A stretch of 64,000 bases of DNA, taken from NCBI GenBank assembly GCA_003554965.1, contig PWHR01000038.1, positions 15,495 to 79,494 on the forward strand, written 5' to 3'. Numbering within the stretch: position 1 is the stretch's first letter; every line of letters starts with the position of its first letter. Below the pieces are notes generated by a model. That model ran no database searches. It was not told the origin of the DNA and saw only the letters and a list, made by a program, of their open reading frames with translations. Source of the stretch: Thermoplasmata archaeon. Lineage in GTDB: Archaea; Thermoplasmatota; Thermoplasmata; Halarchaeoplasmatales; Halarchaeoplasmataceae. Positions 46,947 through 56,806 of this stretch are shown here, piece by piece. Made by a program: the position numbers and the translations under genes.

Positions 46947-48572
46947 ATGATCTCTTTGAATACTTCATCGGTAAGGAAAAAGATAGATAGGGTTCCGCTG
47001 CCTATTTGGCTCCTAGGTTTTCTTATAATAACTGCCATATCCTTACCTATAGTTTATCTGATCGTGAGAGCGCTGGGAGCCGGCGTAGAAACGTGGGATA
47101 TAATTTTCCGCTATAGAACTCTTATCACCTTTGGAAGGACCATGGCTTTGGTGATCGCAGCACCCCTTCTTTCTCTTGCTATTGCACTGCCTTTGGCTTT
47201 TTTGACCACCAGGACGGATCTGCCTTTCAGAAATGTTTGGTCGATCCTGGGTACTCTTCCACTGGTGATACCCAGTTATATCTACGCTTACGTCCTTATT
47301 TCCGCTTTCAGTCCTAGAGGTATCTTCCACGAGTTCCTAGCTTCGCCTTTAGGTATAGAGAGTTTACCGCAGATCTATGGTTTTCCTGGTGCTCTATTAA
47401 GCGTTACAGCAGTAAGCTATCCCTACCTGTTGCTTCCGTTGCAGTCCTCTTTAAAAGGCATGGACAGATCCGTTGAAGAGGCCTCTAGGAGTCTTGGTCG
47501 CGGTCATATCACGACCTTTAGAAAAGTTACCCTGCCTCTTTTACGCCCCGCCATCGCCTCAGGCGGTCTACTCATAGGTCTCTATTCACTTCGCGACTTC
47601 GGAGCCGTTTCCCTGATGAGATATGAAACTTTCACCTGGACCATTTACAACCAGTACTTCACTCCATTTGGTGGTAGGATGATCGCCGCAGCTTTGTCTT
47701 TGATACTCCTTATATTTGCTTTGTTCATACTTTACTTAGAATCGAGAACTAGGGATAAAACACGTTACTACAGCAGCGCCGAAAGCAACAGTGAGCCAGA
47801 TCTTATAGAGTTGGGAAGATGGCGTTGGCCCGCACTTATCTTCTGCGCCTTAGTAGTTATCATATTTCTGATATTACCCATGGTCGTTCTGGGGTTCTGG
47901 GGGTTGAGAGGTATGTTTGATGGAGTCTCTCTCAAGATGTTTTGGGATCCCGCTTTCAATTCACTTCAAGCATCATTTTTGACGGCTTTGGTCGTAGTGT
48001 TAGCGGCTGTTCCTATAGGTATCATAACGGCTCGTTTTTCGGGAAAGATGAGCCAGATCATGGAGAAATTCACTTATCTTGGTTTTGCACTACCCGGTAT
48101 AGTGATAGCTCTCGCTCTTGTATTCTTTTCAGTAGGTACGCCCCTGTACCAAACTATGTTTATCCTGATATTTGGATACATGATATTGTTTCTACCTTTA
48201 GCCCTTGGATCGATCAGGACATCAATACTGCAGATAAATCCTGCCGTAGAAGAAGCCTCTAGGAGCTTGGGAAAGAGTCCTGGACAGACTCTAAAAGAAG
48301 TGACCCTGCCGCTCTCAAAAAATGGAATATTGGCAGGAGCGGCTCTGGTATTTTTGGTCACTATGAAGGAACTTCAAGCCACGTTAATACTAAGTCCAAG
48401 GAATTTTGAGACCTTGGCCACCTCAATCTGGCATGCGACGTCTGAAGCTTTCTTTGCTAGAGCTGCAATACCAGCTCTACTTCTCATATTCTTATCTTCG
48501 GTTCCGATGATGGTATTATTGATATTTTGGCATAGGAGAGGTAATCATGAAAGGATCAGCGGTTCGTTGTGA
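46947..48572 (+). CDS. Fe(III) ABC transporter permease (FbpB-like)
   Basis: Two EEASRSLG EAA motifs; duplicated TM bundle. Confidence 0.92.
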   Translation: MISLNTSSVRKKIDRVPLPIWLLGFLIITAISLPIVYLIVRALGAGVETWDIIFRYRTLITFGRTMALVIAAPLLSLAIALPLAFLTTRTDLPFRNVWSILGTLPLVIPSYIYAYVLISAFSPRGIFHEFLASPLGIESLPQIYGFPGALLSVTAVSYPYLLLPLQSSLKGMDRSVEEASRSLGRGHITTFRKVTLPLLRPAIASGGLLIGLYSLRDFGAVSLMRYETFTWTIYNQYFTPFGGRMIAAALSLILLIFALFILYLESRTRDKTRYYSSAESNSEPDLIELGRWRWPALIFCALVVIIFLILPMVVLGFWGLRGMFDGVSLKMFWDPAFNSLQASFLTALVVVLAAVPIGIITARFSGKMSQIMEKFTYLGFALPGIVIALALVFFSVGTPLYQTMFILIFGYMILFLPLALGSIRTSILQINPAVEEASRSLGKSPGQTLKEVTLPLSKNGILAGAALVFLVTMKELQATLILSPRNFETLATSIWHATSEAFFARAAIPALLLIFLSSVPMMVLLIFWHRRGNHERISGSL

Positions 48573-49599
48573 AGGTCTAACAAAAAAATTCGGAGAAACC
48601 ACTGCGGTGAATGATGTATCTTTTGAGTTGAAAGAAGGAGAGATCCTAGCCTTGGTCGGTCCAAGCGGATGCGGAAAAACCACTCTTCTGCGGCTTATAG
48701 CAGGATTCGAGTATCCTGACAAAGGTTTGGTTGAGATAGGTGAGCAGAAAATTGTAGATGAAGGAAGATACATACCTCCAGAGAAGAGAGATGTTGGGAT
48801 AGTCTTTCAGGACTACGCTCTCTTTCCACATCTTTCAGTCGCTGAGAACATCTCTTACGGTCTATCCTCAGATTCTATTCAATCCAAAAAAAGATGTGCG
48901 GAGATGTTGACTCTGATAGATATGGAAGATCATGCTTCAAAGATGCCGCATGAATTGTCAGGAGGTGAACAACAGAGAGTTGCTTTAGCCCGGGCCATGG
49001 CTCCAGATCCAGAAATACTTCTTATGGATGAACCCTTCTCCAACCTCGATGCCGAACTTAGGATGAGGATACGATCAGAGGTGAAGAACATACTTAAAAG
49101 GACCGACGCGAGCGTGATATTTGTCACTCACGATCAGGATGAGGCACTGTTCATGGGTGATCGGGTCGGAGTGATGAAGGAGGCTGAACTGATACAGATA
49201 GAAGAACCCACTGAGATATTTCATTTCCCTGATCATCCCTTTGTGGCAGACTTCATCGGTACTGCCGATTTTATTTATGGAAAGATAAAGGATGAAACCA
49301 CGGTCAAAACAGAGATCGGCGGACTGGCCTACCACGGTACTTTTCCTTCAGAATATACTGTGGATGTCATGATCCGCCCTGACTTCCTTGATATAGAACC
49401 TTCTCAAGAAGGCAAAGGTAAGATAAAAGACAGGATATTCAAAGGTATGCACTACCTTTATGAGATCCTTCTACCCTCCGGTTCGAAGATAAGAACTTTA
49501 CAGCACCATACCGAGAGATATGAGATAGGTACCAAGGTGACCTTTAATCTGAATCCAGAGCATAAAGTTATCTGTTTCCCAAAAAGACACAAAAAGTAA
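48547..49599 (+). CDS. Fe(III) ABC transporter ATP-binding protein (FbpC-like)
   Basis: GPSGCGKTT, FQDYALFPH, LSGGEQQR, LMDEP, TOBE-like C-terminus. Confidence 0.93.
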   Translation: MKGSAVRCEGLTKKFGETTAVNDVSFELKEGEILALVGPSGCGKTTLLRLIAGFEYPDKGLVEIGEQKIVDEGRYIPPEKRDVGIVFQDYALFPHLSVAENISYGLSSDSIQSKKRCAEMLTLIDMEDHASKMPHELSGGEQQRVALARAMAPDPEILLMDEPFSNLDAELRMRIRSEVKNILKRTDASVIFVTHDQDEALFMGDRVGVMKEAELIQIEEPTEIFHFPDHPFVADFIGTADFIYGKIKDETTVKTEIGGLAYHGTFPSEYTVDVMIRPDFLDIEPSQEGKGKIKDRIFKGMHYLYEILLPSGSKIRTLQHHTERYEIGTKVTFNLNPEHKVICFPKRHKK

Positions 49600-49635
49600 A
49601 TAGCGCGTGAAGATTGGCTGCTTAGGAGTGATAAA

Positions 49636-50154
49636 ATGCTGAAAGTATTCAGATGCTGGATATGTGGGGAAACATATCTTGGAGAAGAGAAACCGACTGA
49701 CTGTCCATACTGTGGAGCAGATAAAGAATTCCTGAAACCTGGCGAGGAATATGAGTTACCAGAAGTTGAGCTTACTGAAAGATCAAAAGAAAATCTCGAA
49801 GAAGCCCTGGAATTGGAAGTTGACAACGCTACCTTTTACTACTGCGCATACAACAAGGCAGACGATACCAGGACCGAAGGGATGTTCAAAAGGTTAGCGA
49901 AAGTGGAAGCTGAGCACGCCGAGGCGATCTGTCTATTTTTGGACAGGGAAGAACCAGAGATAGATAAGCACATCGAGAAGTGTTCCGAGGATTTCATAGA
50001 GAACGTGGAAGATGCACATTCTAGAGAATCTAGAGCTATAGAACATTACCGTAAGTTCGCTGAAGAGGCAGAAGAACCACGTGTTCAGGAATTCTTTGAA
50101 GCACTTGTAGAGATAGAAACGGATCACCTCGAATTGCATGAAAGCGAGCTATAA
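49636..50154 (+). CDS. Rubrerythrin-like protein (N-terminal rubredoxin plus ferritin-like domain)
   Basis: CWIC...CPYCG; EAEH, E..A...Y, ETDH. Confidence 0.88.
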   Translation: MLKVFRCWICGETYLGEEKPTDCPYCGADKEFLKPGEEYELPEVELTERSKENLEEALELEVDNATFYYCAYNKADDTRTEGMFKRLAKVEAEHAEAICLFLDREEPEIDKHIEKCSEDFIENVEDAHSRESRAIEHYRKFAEEAEEPRVQEFFEALVEIETDHLELHESEL

Positions 50155-50266
50155 GCGGCCCGACCATATAGAAACCCCTTTCTTTTTTTAAAATCCAAAA
50201 TCAGGAAAAATTTTATTAGGCTCATTTTAGATATAATAGTTTGGACAGGATCTGAAAGGTGTTAAC

Positions 50267-50452
50267 ATGCACAGGAAGATAGAAGTCAAAAAAGAGGAAA
50301 AGAAAGAAGACTCAGAAAAGCACATCCTGACCGCGAAAACATTATCAAAAGCGGCTGAAGTGAACGAAAATCTGGACCGAAGGGGGAGAGAGATACATAC
50401 CATGATGAAAAAGTTGTGTCAGAACGAAAAAAACAGAATCTCGAAGGAATAG
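50267..50452 (+). CDS. Small charged hypothetical protein
   Basis: AGGTG RBS before ATG; own intergenic slot. Confidence 0.45.
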   Translation: MHRKIEVKKEEKKEDSEKHILTAKTLSKAAEVNENLDRRGREIHTMMKKLCQNEKNRISKE

Positions 50453-50548
50453 ATGATTAAAAAATTAAAAAGTGAAAGATACGGGATTTTTACCCCCTAA
50501 AGATTTTTAGCCTAATTCACTACACAACATCCAGATGGATGAGTAATC

Positions 50549-50743
50549 TCATTCTATCTTTTCGACGTTGATCGCTCTAGGCCCCTTTTCACCCTCTTCG
50601 GTATCGAATTCTACTCGATCGCCTTCTTTGAGAGTGTTACATTCCATGCCGCTGCGATGGACGAATAAGTCCTCATCGCCTTCATCGGGCTCTACGAAAC
50701 CATAGTTCTTCATATCATTGAAGAACTTAACTGTTCCTTTCAT
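50549..50743 (-). CDS. cspA: Cold-shock protein
   Basis: GTVKFF, KNYGFV (RNP1), LFVH (RNP2), KGPRA. Confidence 0.93.
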   Translation of the reverse strand: MKGTVKFFNDMKNYGFVEPDEGDEDLFVHRSGMECNTLKEGDRVEFDTEEGEKGPRAINVEKIE

Positions 50744-50883
50744 ACGATTTCACCTCCTAAAGATCGGAAAGCAGTCTACCAACATGACGACCTTAATAAA
50801 TCTTTTGTGATATACTCCTTCCATGAAAAATGTATCGTTCGAAAAAAGAAAAAAGTTAATAGGCATACCTTTTAGACTAGCAC

Positions 50884-52245
50884 ATGAATCTAGAAGGGAT
50901 GTTCTTCCCAGAAAGCGTAGCGGTCATAGGGGCATCAAACAGAGAAGGGAAAGTAGGAAATGCTATAATGAAGTCTCTGAAAAGAAAGTACTCCGGTAGG
51001 ATTTATCCTATAAATGTTAAAGAGGATAATGTTTTGGGTATCGATGCTTTCTCTTCCATCATTAATATCGAGGATGAAATTGACCTAGCTATAATAGCTC
51101 TACCGGCAAAGATAGTGCCAAAAATAGTGGAAGAATGTGGTGAAGCTGGGGTTGGGAATTTGATAATAGTCAGTGCCGGTTTCAGTGAGGCTGGCAGAGG
51201 CGATCTAGAGGAAAAGATAAAAGAAACGGTCGAAGATTATGATATGAATCTCATTGGGCCAAACTGTTTGGGTATATACAATCCCTATAATGAACTGGAT
51301 ACGATATTTAATCCTCCAAAGAGACAGGATAGACCAGAACCTGGTTCAGTAGCCTTTCTATCTCAGAGCGGAGCTTTTGGAGCAGCTACACTAGACTGGT
51401 TTTCAGAGGCAGACATCGGACTCAGCAAATTCGTGAGTTACGGAAACAGGGTAGATATCGACGAAGCTGACCTGATCGACCACCTTTCAAATGATGAAAA
51501 AACTGAATTCATAATATATTATATCGAAGGGGTCAAAGACGGGAGAAGATTTTTCGAGGCAGCTAGGAGGAGCACGAAGCCTATATTAGCTGTAAAATCG
51601 GGTAGAACAGAAGAAGGGTCCTCTGCAGCAACTTCACACACCGCTTCTTTGGCGGGAAAAGATAAGGTCTATGAGGGAGCATTTAAGCAATCTAACGTGA
51701 TAAGAGCTTATGATCTAAGAGAGATGTTCAACATCGCCAAAGCTTTTTCTTTCCAACCTCTGCCGCATGGGGACAACGTAGCTATCGTCACTAACGGTGG
51801 TGGAGCAGGAGTTATGGCAACAGACGATCTCGTTGATAAAGGGCTGAATTTAGCCCGATTCACCAAAAAAACAAAGGAAGATTTCGATCATGCAGTGGAG
51901 GAGGGTATTATCCCGGAACACGCTACTTTAGATAATCCTGTAGACATAATCGGCGATGCCCCATCAGACAGGTACCAGAAATCCATAGATATCGTGCTTA
52001 AGGATGATAATGTAGATGTAGTGATCGTGGTACTCCTATTCCAGTCCCCAGCTATCGAGGAAGATATAATTGAGAAGCTAGACGGTTTGCAAGGTGAAAA
52101 ACCTATAATCGCAGTAGCTCCTGGTGGCAGGTACACTCACAAGTTGACAGAAAAGATAGAAGAAAAAGGTATACCTGTATACCAAACCCCCGCTGAAGCA
52201 GTAGAAGCAGTATGGGGATTGACTAGATGCTGTCCTAAAACTTGA
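50884..52245 (+). CDS. acdA: Acetate/acyl-CoA ligase (ADP-forming) alpha subunit
   Basis: VAVIGAS, GPNCLG, SQSGA, SHTASLAG (phospho-His), TNGGG.G, NPVD. Confidence 0.9.
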   Translation: MNLEGMFFPESVAVIGASNREGKVGNAIMKSLKRKYSGRIYPINVKEDNVLGIDAFSSIINIEDEIDLAIIALPAKIVPKIVEECGEAGVGNLIIVSAGFSEAGRGDLEEKIKETVEDYDMNLIGPNCLGIYNPYNELDTIFNPPKRQDRPEPGSVAFLSQSGAFGAATLDWFSEADIGLSKFVSYGNRVDIDEADLIDHLSNDEKTEFIIYYIEGVKDGRRFFEAARRSTKPILAVKSGRTEEGSSAATSHTASLAGKDKVYEGAFKQSNVIRAYDLREMFNIAKAFSFQPLPHGDNVAIVTNGGGAGVMATDDLVDKGLNLARFTKKTKEDFDHAVEEGIIPEHATLDNPVDIIGDAPSDRYQKSIDIVLKDDNVDVVIVVLLFQSPAIEEDIIEKLDGLQGEKPIIAVAPGGRYTHKLTEKIEEKGIPVYQTPAEAVEAVWGLTRCCPKT

Positions 52246-52312
52246 TCAACCGTCTCTAGACTAAAAATATATAAAACATAAAATTGTCACTATTCCAGAG
52301 AAAGGTGATAGA

Positions 52313-53086
52313 TTGGTAAAGAAAGCTATAGTGCTTGCGGCAGGTGAAGGCACAAGATTGAAACCGATAACCAATGCGATCCCTAAGGAGATCATAAGAG
52401 TTGGTAAGAATCCCGCGATAGAACACGTACTGAAGGTACTGAAAGCGGGCGGGATAAAGGATGTTTTGATAATAGTGGGCAGAAAAAAGCATGCCTTGAT
52501 AGATTATCTTGGCTCCGGGGAGAGGTTAGGCTTGAAGATATATTATAGGTTGCAGGAGGAGCCTAAAGGGACTGCTCACGCGGTTTCATTGGGAGAAGAT
52601 TTCATAGGCGAAGATGAAGACTTCGTGATAATGTATGGTGACAATTACATAACCCCTTACAGTGCGATGGAGGACATAGTTGACTTCCATGTAGAAAAGG
52701 ATGGTGGTGGAACACTTGTTTTGCACCCAGTGGATGATCCGACAAGGTTCGGTGTTGTAGATATCGATGGAGACAAAGAGATACACGGCATGATAGAAAA
52801 ACCCACGATGGAGGAGGCTCAACCTTTCAAAGTGAATGATCACTGGTTGAACATCGCCGGTCTGATGATATTGAACTCAAAGATATTTTCTTTCATAGAT
52901 AGAACTGAACCTGGCAAGAAAGGTGAGATATGGCTTACTGATTCTATAGAGATGATGAGGCAGGCTGGGAACAGGATATTCGGCTACCAGTTCGACGGAA
53001 GAAGGTTCGATATAGGAACCTTCGACTCTCTGAAAGAAGCGGATGAATTGGAACTCAAAAGAAGACAGGAGAATGAGTCAGGATGA
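52313..53086 (+). CDS. Sugar-1-phosphate nucleotidyltransferase
   Basis: LAAGEGTRLKPIT..PK, QEEPKGTAHA, EKP, DIGT. Confidence 0.9.
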   Translation: MVKKAIVLAAGEGTRLKPITNAIPKEIIRVGKNPAIEHVLKVLKAGGIKDVLIIVGRKKHALIDYLGSGERLGLKIYYRLQEEPKGTAHAVSLGEDFIGEDEDFVIMYGDNYITPYSAMEDIVDFHVEKDGGGTLVLHPVDDPTRFGVVDIDGDKEIHGMIEKPTMEEAQPFKVNDHWLNIAGLMILNSKIFSFIDRTEPGKKGEIWLTDSIEMMRQAGNRIFGYQFDGRRFDIGTFDSLKEADELELKRRQENESG

Positions 53087-54186
53087 ATGTAGGCGTGGTT
53101 TTAGGAACCAGACCAGAGATAATCAAGATGAGTCCTCTGATCAGGGAACTAGAAAGTAGGGGGATCGAACACGATATAATCCACAGCGGTCAGCACTACG
53201 ATGAGGAAGTATCGGACATATTTTTCCAAGAGTTGGAATTGGATGAACCTGACCGTTATTTGGGTGTAGGCTCGGGGTCTCAGGGTGAGCAGACAGGTAA
53301 AGCTCTCATAAAGCTGGAAGAAACTTTTAGAGAACTAGATACAGATATTGTCTTAGTGCAAGGAGACACTAACACTGTTTTAGCCGGAGCCTTGGCCGGA
53401 GTGAAGATGGGACTAACAGTGGGCCATGTAGAAGCAGGCCTCAGGAGTTATGATTACAGGATGCCGGAAGAATACAATAGAAGATTAAGTGATCATTCAT
53501 CCCACCTGCTGTTCGCGCCAACGGCGGAGAGCAAAAGAAAGCTTGTTTCTGAGTCAGTTTGGGGCGAAATCTATGTCACCGGAAACACTGTGATCGATGC
53601 CTGCATGCAGAACATGGAGATCGCAGAAAGAAAAGCCAGCTTCGATTTTGATATCCCAGAACATTTTGTACTCGTGACCGCACATCGAGCCGAAAATGTA
53701 GATGATCCAGAGGTGCAGAAAAACTTCATCCGTTCCTTCGAAGATATTGACACTCCCATGATCTATCCGATCCATCCTAGAGCAGAGGAGAGATTCAAGA
53801 CGGAAGAAAATCTAGAAGAACTTAGTGAGATAGAGAACATGAACCTAGTGCCCCCTCAGGGCTATCTAGAATTCCTAGTGCTGATGAAACGATCCGAGTT
53901 CATATTGACCGATTCTGGAGGTATACAAGAAGAGGCTACTGCACCAAATATAAAGAAGAAAGTTTTCGTACTGAGAGAATCAACTGAAAGACCGGAAGCG
54001 GTCGATGCAGGATACTGCGAAGTGGTCGGAACGGAAACGGAGGCCATAATCGAGTCGGTGAGTGATTTTGATATGAAAACTTGGGATCCTAAAGGGTGTC
54101 CGTATGGAGATGGAAAGGCGGCAGAGAAGATCGTCGATGTGTTAAAAAAAGGGAGTGAGTGTGGTTTATCTTTCCGAATTTATTAG
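53083..54186 (+). CDS. wecB: UDP-N-acetylglucosamine 2-epimerase (non-hydrolysing)
   Basis: GTRPEIIK, GQHYD, QGDT, HVEAGLRS, PEE.NR, TDSGGIQEE, TERPE, YGDG. Confidence 0.95.
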   Translation: MNVGVVLGTRPEIIKMSPLIRELESRGIEHDIIHSGQHYDEEVSDIFFQELELDEPDRYLGVGSGSQGEQTGKALIKLEETFRELDTDIVLVQGDTNTVLAGALAGVKMGLTVGHVEAGLRSYDYRMPEEYNRRLSDHSSHLLFAPTAESKRKLVSESVWGEIYVTGNTVIDACMQNMEIAERKASFDFDIPEHFVLVTAHRAENVDDPEVQKNFIRSFEDIDTPMIYPIHPRAEERFKTEENLEELSEIENMNLVPPQGYLEFLVLMKRSEFILTDSGGIQEEATAPNIKKKVFVLRESTERPEAVDAGYCEVVGTETEAIIESVSDFDMKTWDPKGCPYGDGKAAEKIVDVLKKGSECGLSFRIY

Positions 54187-55700
54187 GTGAAGAAAGCTAG
54201 AAGCTGTTCCCAATAGATCATGGCCATGAATATTAAAGCAGCCACTGATATAACGGTGGCTAAAAGACCAGCTTTCGTCATCTCCGCTGTTTTAAAAAAT
54301 TTACTCTGATAAACGAGTGCATTCGGAGGAGTGTTTGCCGGCAGTAAAAAGGCGAAACAGGCCGCCATCCCCGCCACTGAGGCTAGTAAAAGCTGATCGT
54401 GACCTAAATCTGAGGCTAATTCTATCGCTACAGGTACGAAAGTGCTTGAAGTGGCTGTCAAGCTGGAAAATAGAGTGATACTAAAAGCGGTAACGAAGCC
54501 GATAGCTGCTACAACAAGAAGTAATCCCGCTCCCATCAATATGATTTCCATATTGTAAGCGATCAGTTCTATCACACCGGTTTTTTCTAGTCCAGAACCT
54601 AAAGCGAGTCCCCCTCCAACTAAGATGAGAACTCCCCAACCTATCTCACTTCCTGCTTCTCTCCATCCTATAGCACCTATCTTTGGAAGTGTGAATATGA
54701 GAGAGATCAATAAAGAGGCTATATACATCCAATTATCGGCTAAAGGGGATAAAGGAGAGAGAGTATCAATAAATCCGCTAGAAAAAAAGGGTAAAATAAA
54801 CGGTCCTACAGCATCAACTAACCACAGCCCGAGTGCCAATACGAAAAGGATCACGACATGTCTCTGTTCAGTGCTCAATTCACCCATCTCAGCAAGTTCC
54901 TTCTTAACTTCTTCAGTCCCTCCCTTTATCCTCTTAACTTCCGGTTCATAAATCGTGATCATAAGTTTCCAGATAAGAGGTATCAGGATCAAAACAATAG
55001 GGACCGCTCTAACGAGCCATTGTCCGAATGTAACGTTTATACCGGCGAGGTCGTTCAAAAATCCTATAGTTATAGGTACTGGTGGTGTGCCGACCGGGGT
55101 CCCCATCCCGCCTACATTCGCGATGAAGGCGATCCCGATCACCATAGCTTTGCCCATATTGGTTCCCCTAGGATTTTCCTTGGCCTTCTCCAAGATGCCT
55201 ATCCCTATCGGGAGCATTATGGCTGTAGCTGCGGTGTTTGAGATCCACATCGAAAGGATCGCCGTCCCGATCATAACTCCTAGAATCAATCGACTAGTCT
55301 TCTCCCCCATAAAAGAGATGAATTTTAATCCTATCCTCCTATCGAGACCATGTTTCTTCATAGCTCCCGCGATTATGAAACCCGCGAGTAATAGAGTGTT
55401 GACGGGATGCGCGACAAAAGCGATGCCCTCGTGAAAAGGCTGGATCCGGAAAATACCCTGTAATATTATCACCATCAATGCGGTCATCGGTATCGGTATA
55501 ACCTCAGTGATCCAAAATGCCGCGGCAGCGAAGGCTATGGCTATCATCAATCTAGCATCTAGAGCGAGAGATGAAAGGAAAGGAAGCTGGATTATCGAGG
55601 CTGAAGCTAGAAAAGTGATCAAAAATATCATCTTTCTTCGATCCAACTTAAACATGCTATCTTTCCTGCTTGCTCTATCAAGCCGTCCGGGGAACTCCAT
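54183..55700 (-). CDS. SLC13/DASS-family anion symporter
   Basis: WITEVIP, SMWISNTA, GGMGTPVGTPP, LPANTPPNA. Confidence 0.92.
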   Translation of the reverse strand: MEFPGRLDRASRKDSMFKLDRRKMIFLITFLASASIIQLPFLSSLALDARLMIAIAFAAAAFWITEVIPIPMTALMVIILQGIFRIQPFHEGIAFVAHPVNTLLLAGFIIAGAMKKHGLDRRIGLKFISFMGEKTSRLILGVMIGTAILSMWISNTAATAIMLPIGIGILEKAKENPRGTNMGKAMVIGIAFIANVGGMGTPVGTPPVPITIGFLNDLAGINVTFGQWLVRAVPIVLILIPLIWKLMITIYEPEVKRIKGGTEEVKKELAEMGELSTEQRHVVILFVLALGLWLVDAVGPFILPFFSSGFIDTLSPLSPLADNWMYIASLLISLIFTLPKIGAIGWREAGSEIGWGVLILVGGGLALGSGLEKTGVIELIAYNMEIILMGAGLLLVVAAIGFVTAFSITLFSSLTATSSTFVPVAIELASDLGHDQLLLASVAGMAACFAFLLPANTPPNALVYQSKFFKTAEMTKAGLLATVISVAALIFMAMIYWEQLLAFFT

Positions 55701-55754
55701 CGGCAGGTGATTTAAAAATACTTCGAAAGTGAACTACGTAAGTAGATATAGTGA

Positions 55755-56243
55755 TCACCTATCGATCAATCGCACGGACGCCGCAGCTATAAACGAGATC
55801 ACAGCCGGTAAAACATCGGTACTGAGATAGACGCCAGAAATGACAGGTCTATAGTCGGTCAATGGCCAAAAGATCGCATAAGTATGACCAGAAGCAGTTA
55901 TCAACAACGCATCAAGAAAAAGGTGGGATACCATACCTGCAAATAATACGAGAAACAATCTCTTAGAGCCTTCTGAATTCGCATCCTCTTTGAAAAGCAT
56001 CGTTAAAATCAAGACGATCAGTATTGAACCACCCAATGTGTGTATAGGGTCCCAGGAAAAAGGGATCCCCAGCAGATCCTCGATAGCATGGGATGGGATC
56101 AGAAGCCTGATCCTGACAAGATCAGGAATGGCGGCGCCCACCATCATCATGGTCACATGATGAGATTTGATCCATCTGTATTTCCATGAAAGAACTATGC
56201 CGAGGGTATACGCGACCAAAACATGGGTCAAAAGATCAGCCAT
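55755..56243 (-). CDS. Membrane metal-dependent hydrolase (YdjM-like)
   Basis: TH, GAAIPDL, HT, SHLFLD, FWP. Confidence 0.85.
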   Translation of the reverse strand: MADLLTHVLVAYTLGIVLSWKYRWIKSHHVTMMMVGAAIPDLVRIRLLIPSHAIEDLLGIPFSWDPIHTLGGSILIVLILTMLFKEDANSEGSKRLFLVLFAGMVSHLFLDALLITASGHTYAIFWPLTDYRPVISGVYLSTDVLPAVISFIAAASVRLIDR

Positions 56244-56766
56244 GCCCTTTCCCTCCTCTATCGTTCTTTCTGATCATATCTTTTAATTCGAGATCCTCAT
56301 CTCGCTTTTGGAAACTGAAAGAATCGCTGTCCCATCTCCAACTCTTGAACAAACGTACTCCTACCCAAACAGCCGCTCCCACTGAAACAGTGTACATATA
56401 GATATATCTCCAATATCCTCGAACGACCACATTTTCTGCAACAATTGTATTATTCTCATGAAGAGTTCCATAGACTGTTATCCTGTCGTTCTCATTCGCT
56501 TCTTCTTTTTCTCCCACTACTTGGAGTTCTATCTTTTCGCTACCGTATTCTATCTCTATTTTCAAAGGTTCTTCCTCGATGACTCTTCCCCCTACCTCAA
56601 CTTTCCTTCCCACATGTTCTCCATAATCCTGAAGTATCTCTTCTTCACCCGGGTAATGACCTTTTTCAGGATCCGGTTCTATAGACCCGTACCAGATGAA
56701 AAAAATTAGGAGTACTAGGATGAATATGATGAGAGATATTTTCTTCAGACTAGCATTTTTAAACAT
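56236..56766 (-). CDS. Membrane protein with extracytoplasmic OB-fold-like domain
   Basis: TM helix, VGRKVEVGGRV...ITVYGTL, second TM helix. Confidence 0.6.
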   Translation of the reverse strand: MFKNASLKKISLIIFILVLLIFFIWYGSIEPDPEKGHYPGEEEILQDYGEHVGRKVEVGGRVIEEEPLKIEIEYGSEKIELQVVGEKEEANENDRITVYGTLHENNTIVAENVVVRGYWRYIYMYTVSVGAAVWVGVRLFKSWRWDSDSFSFQKRDEDLELKDMIRKNDRGGKGHG

Positions 56767-56806
56767 CCAGACTAAAAATTATTACCTCGTATTTGGATTT
56801 ACCGAT

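Noticed and set aside
50211-50520. Additional DtxR boxes (TTAGGCTC at ~50216, TAGCCTAA at ~50508)
   Set aside because: Half-sites only, with no palindromic partner at the right spacing
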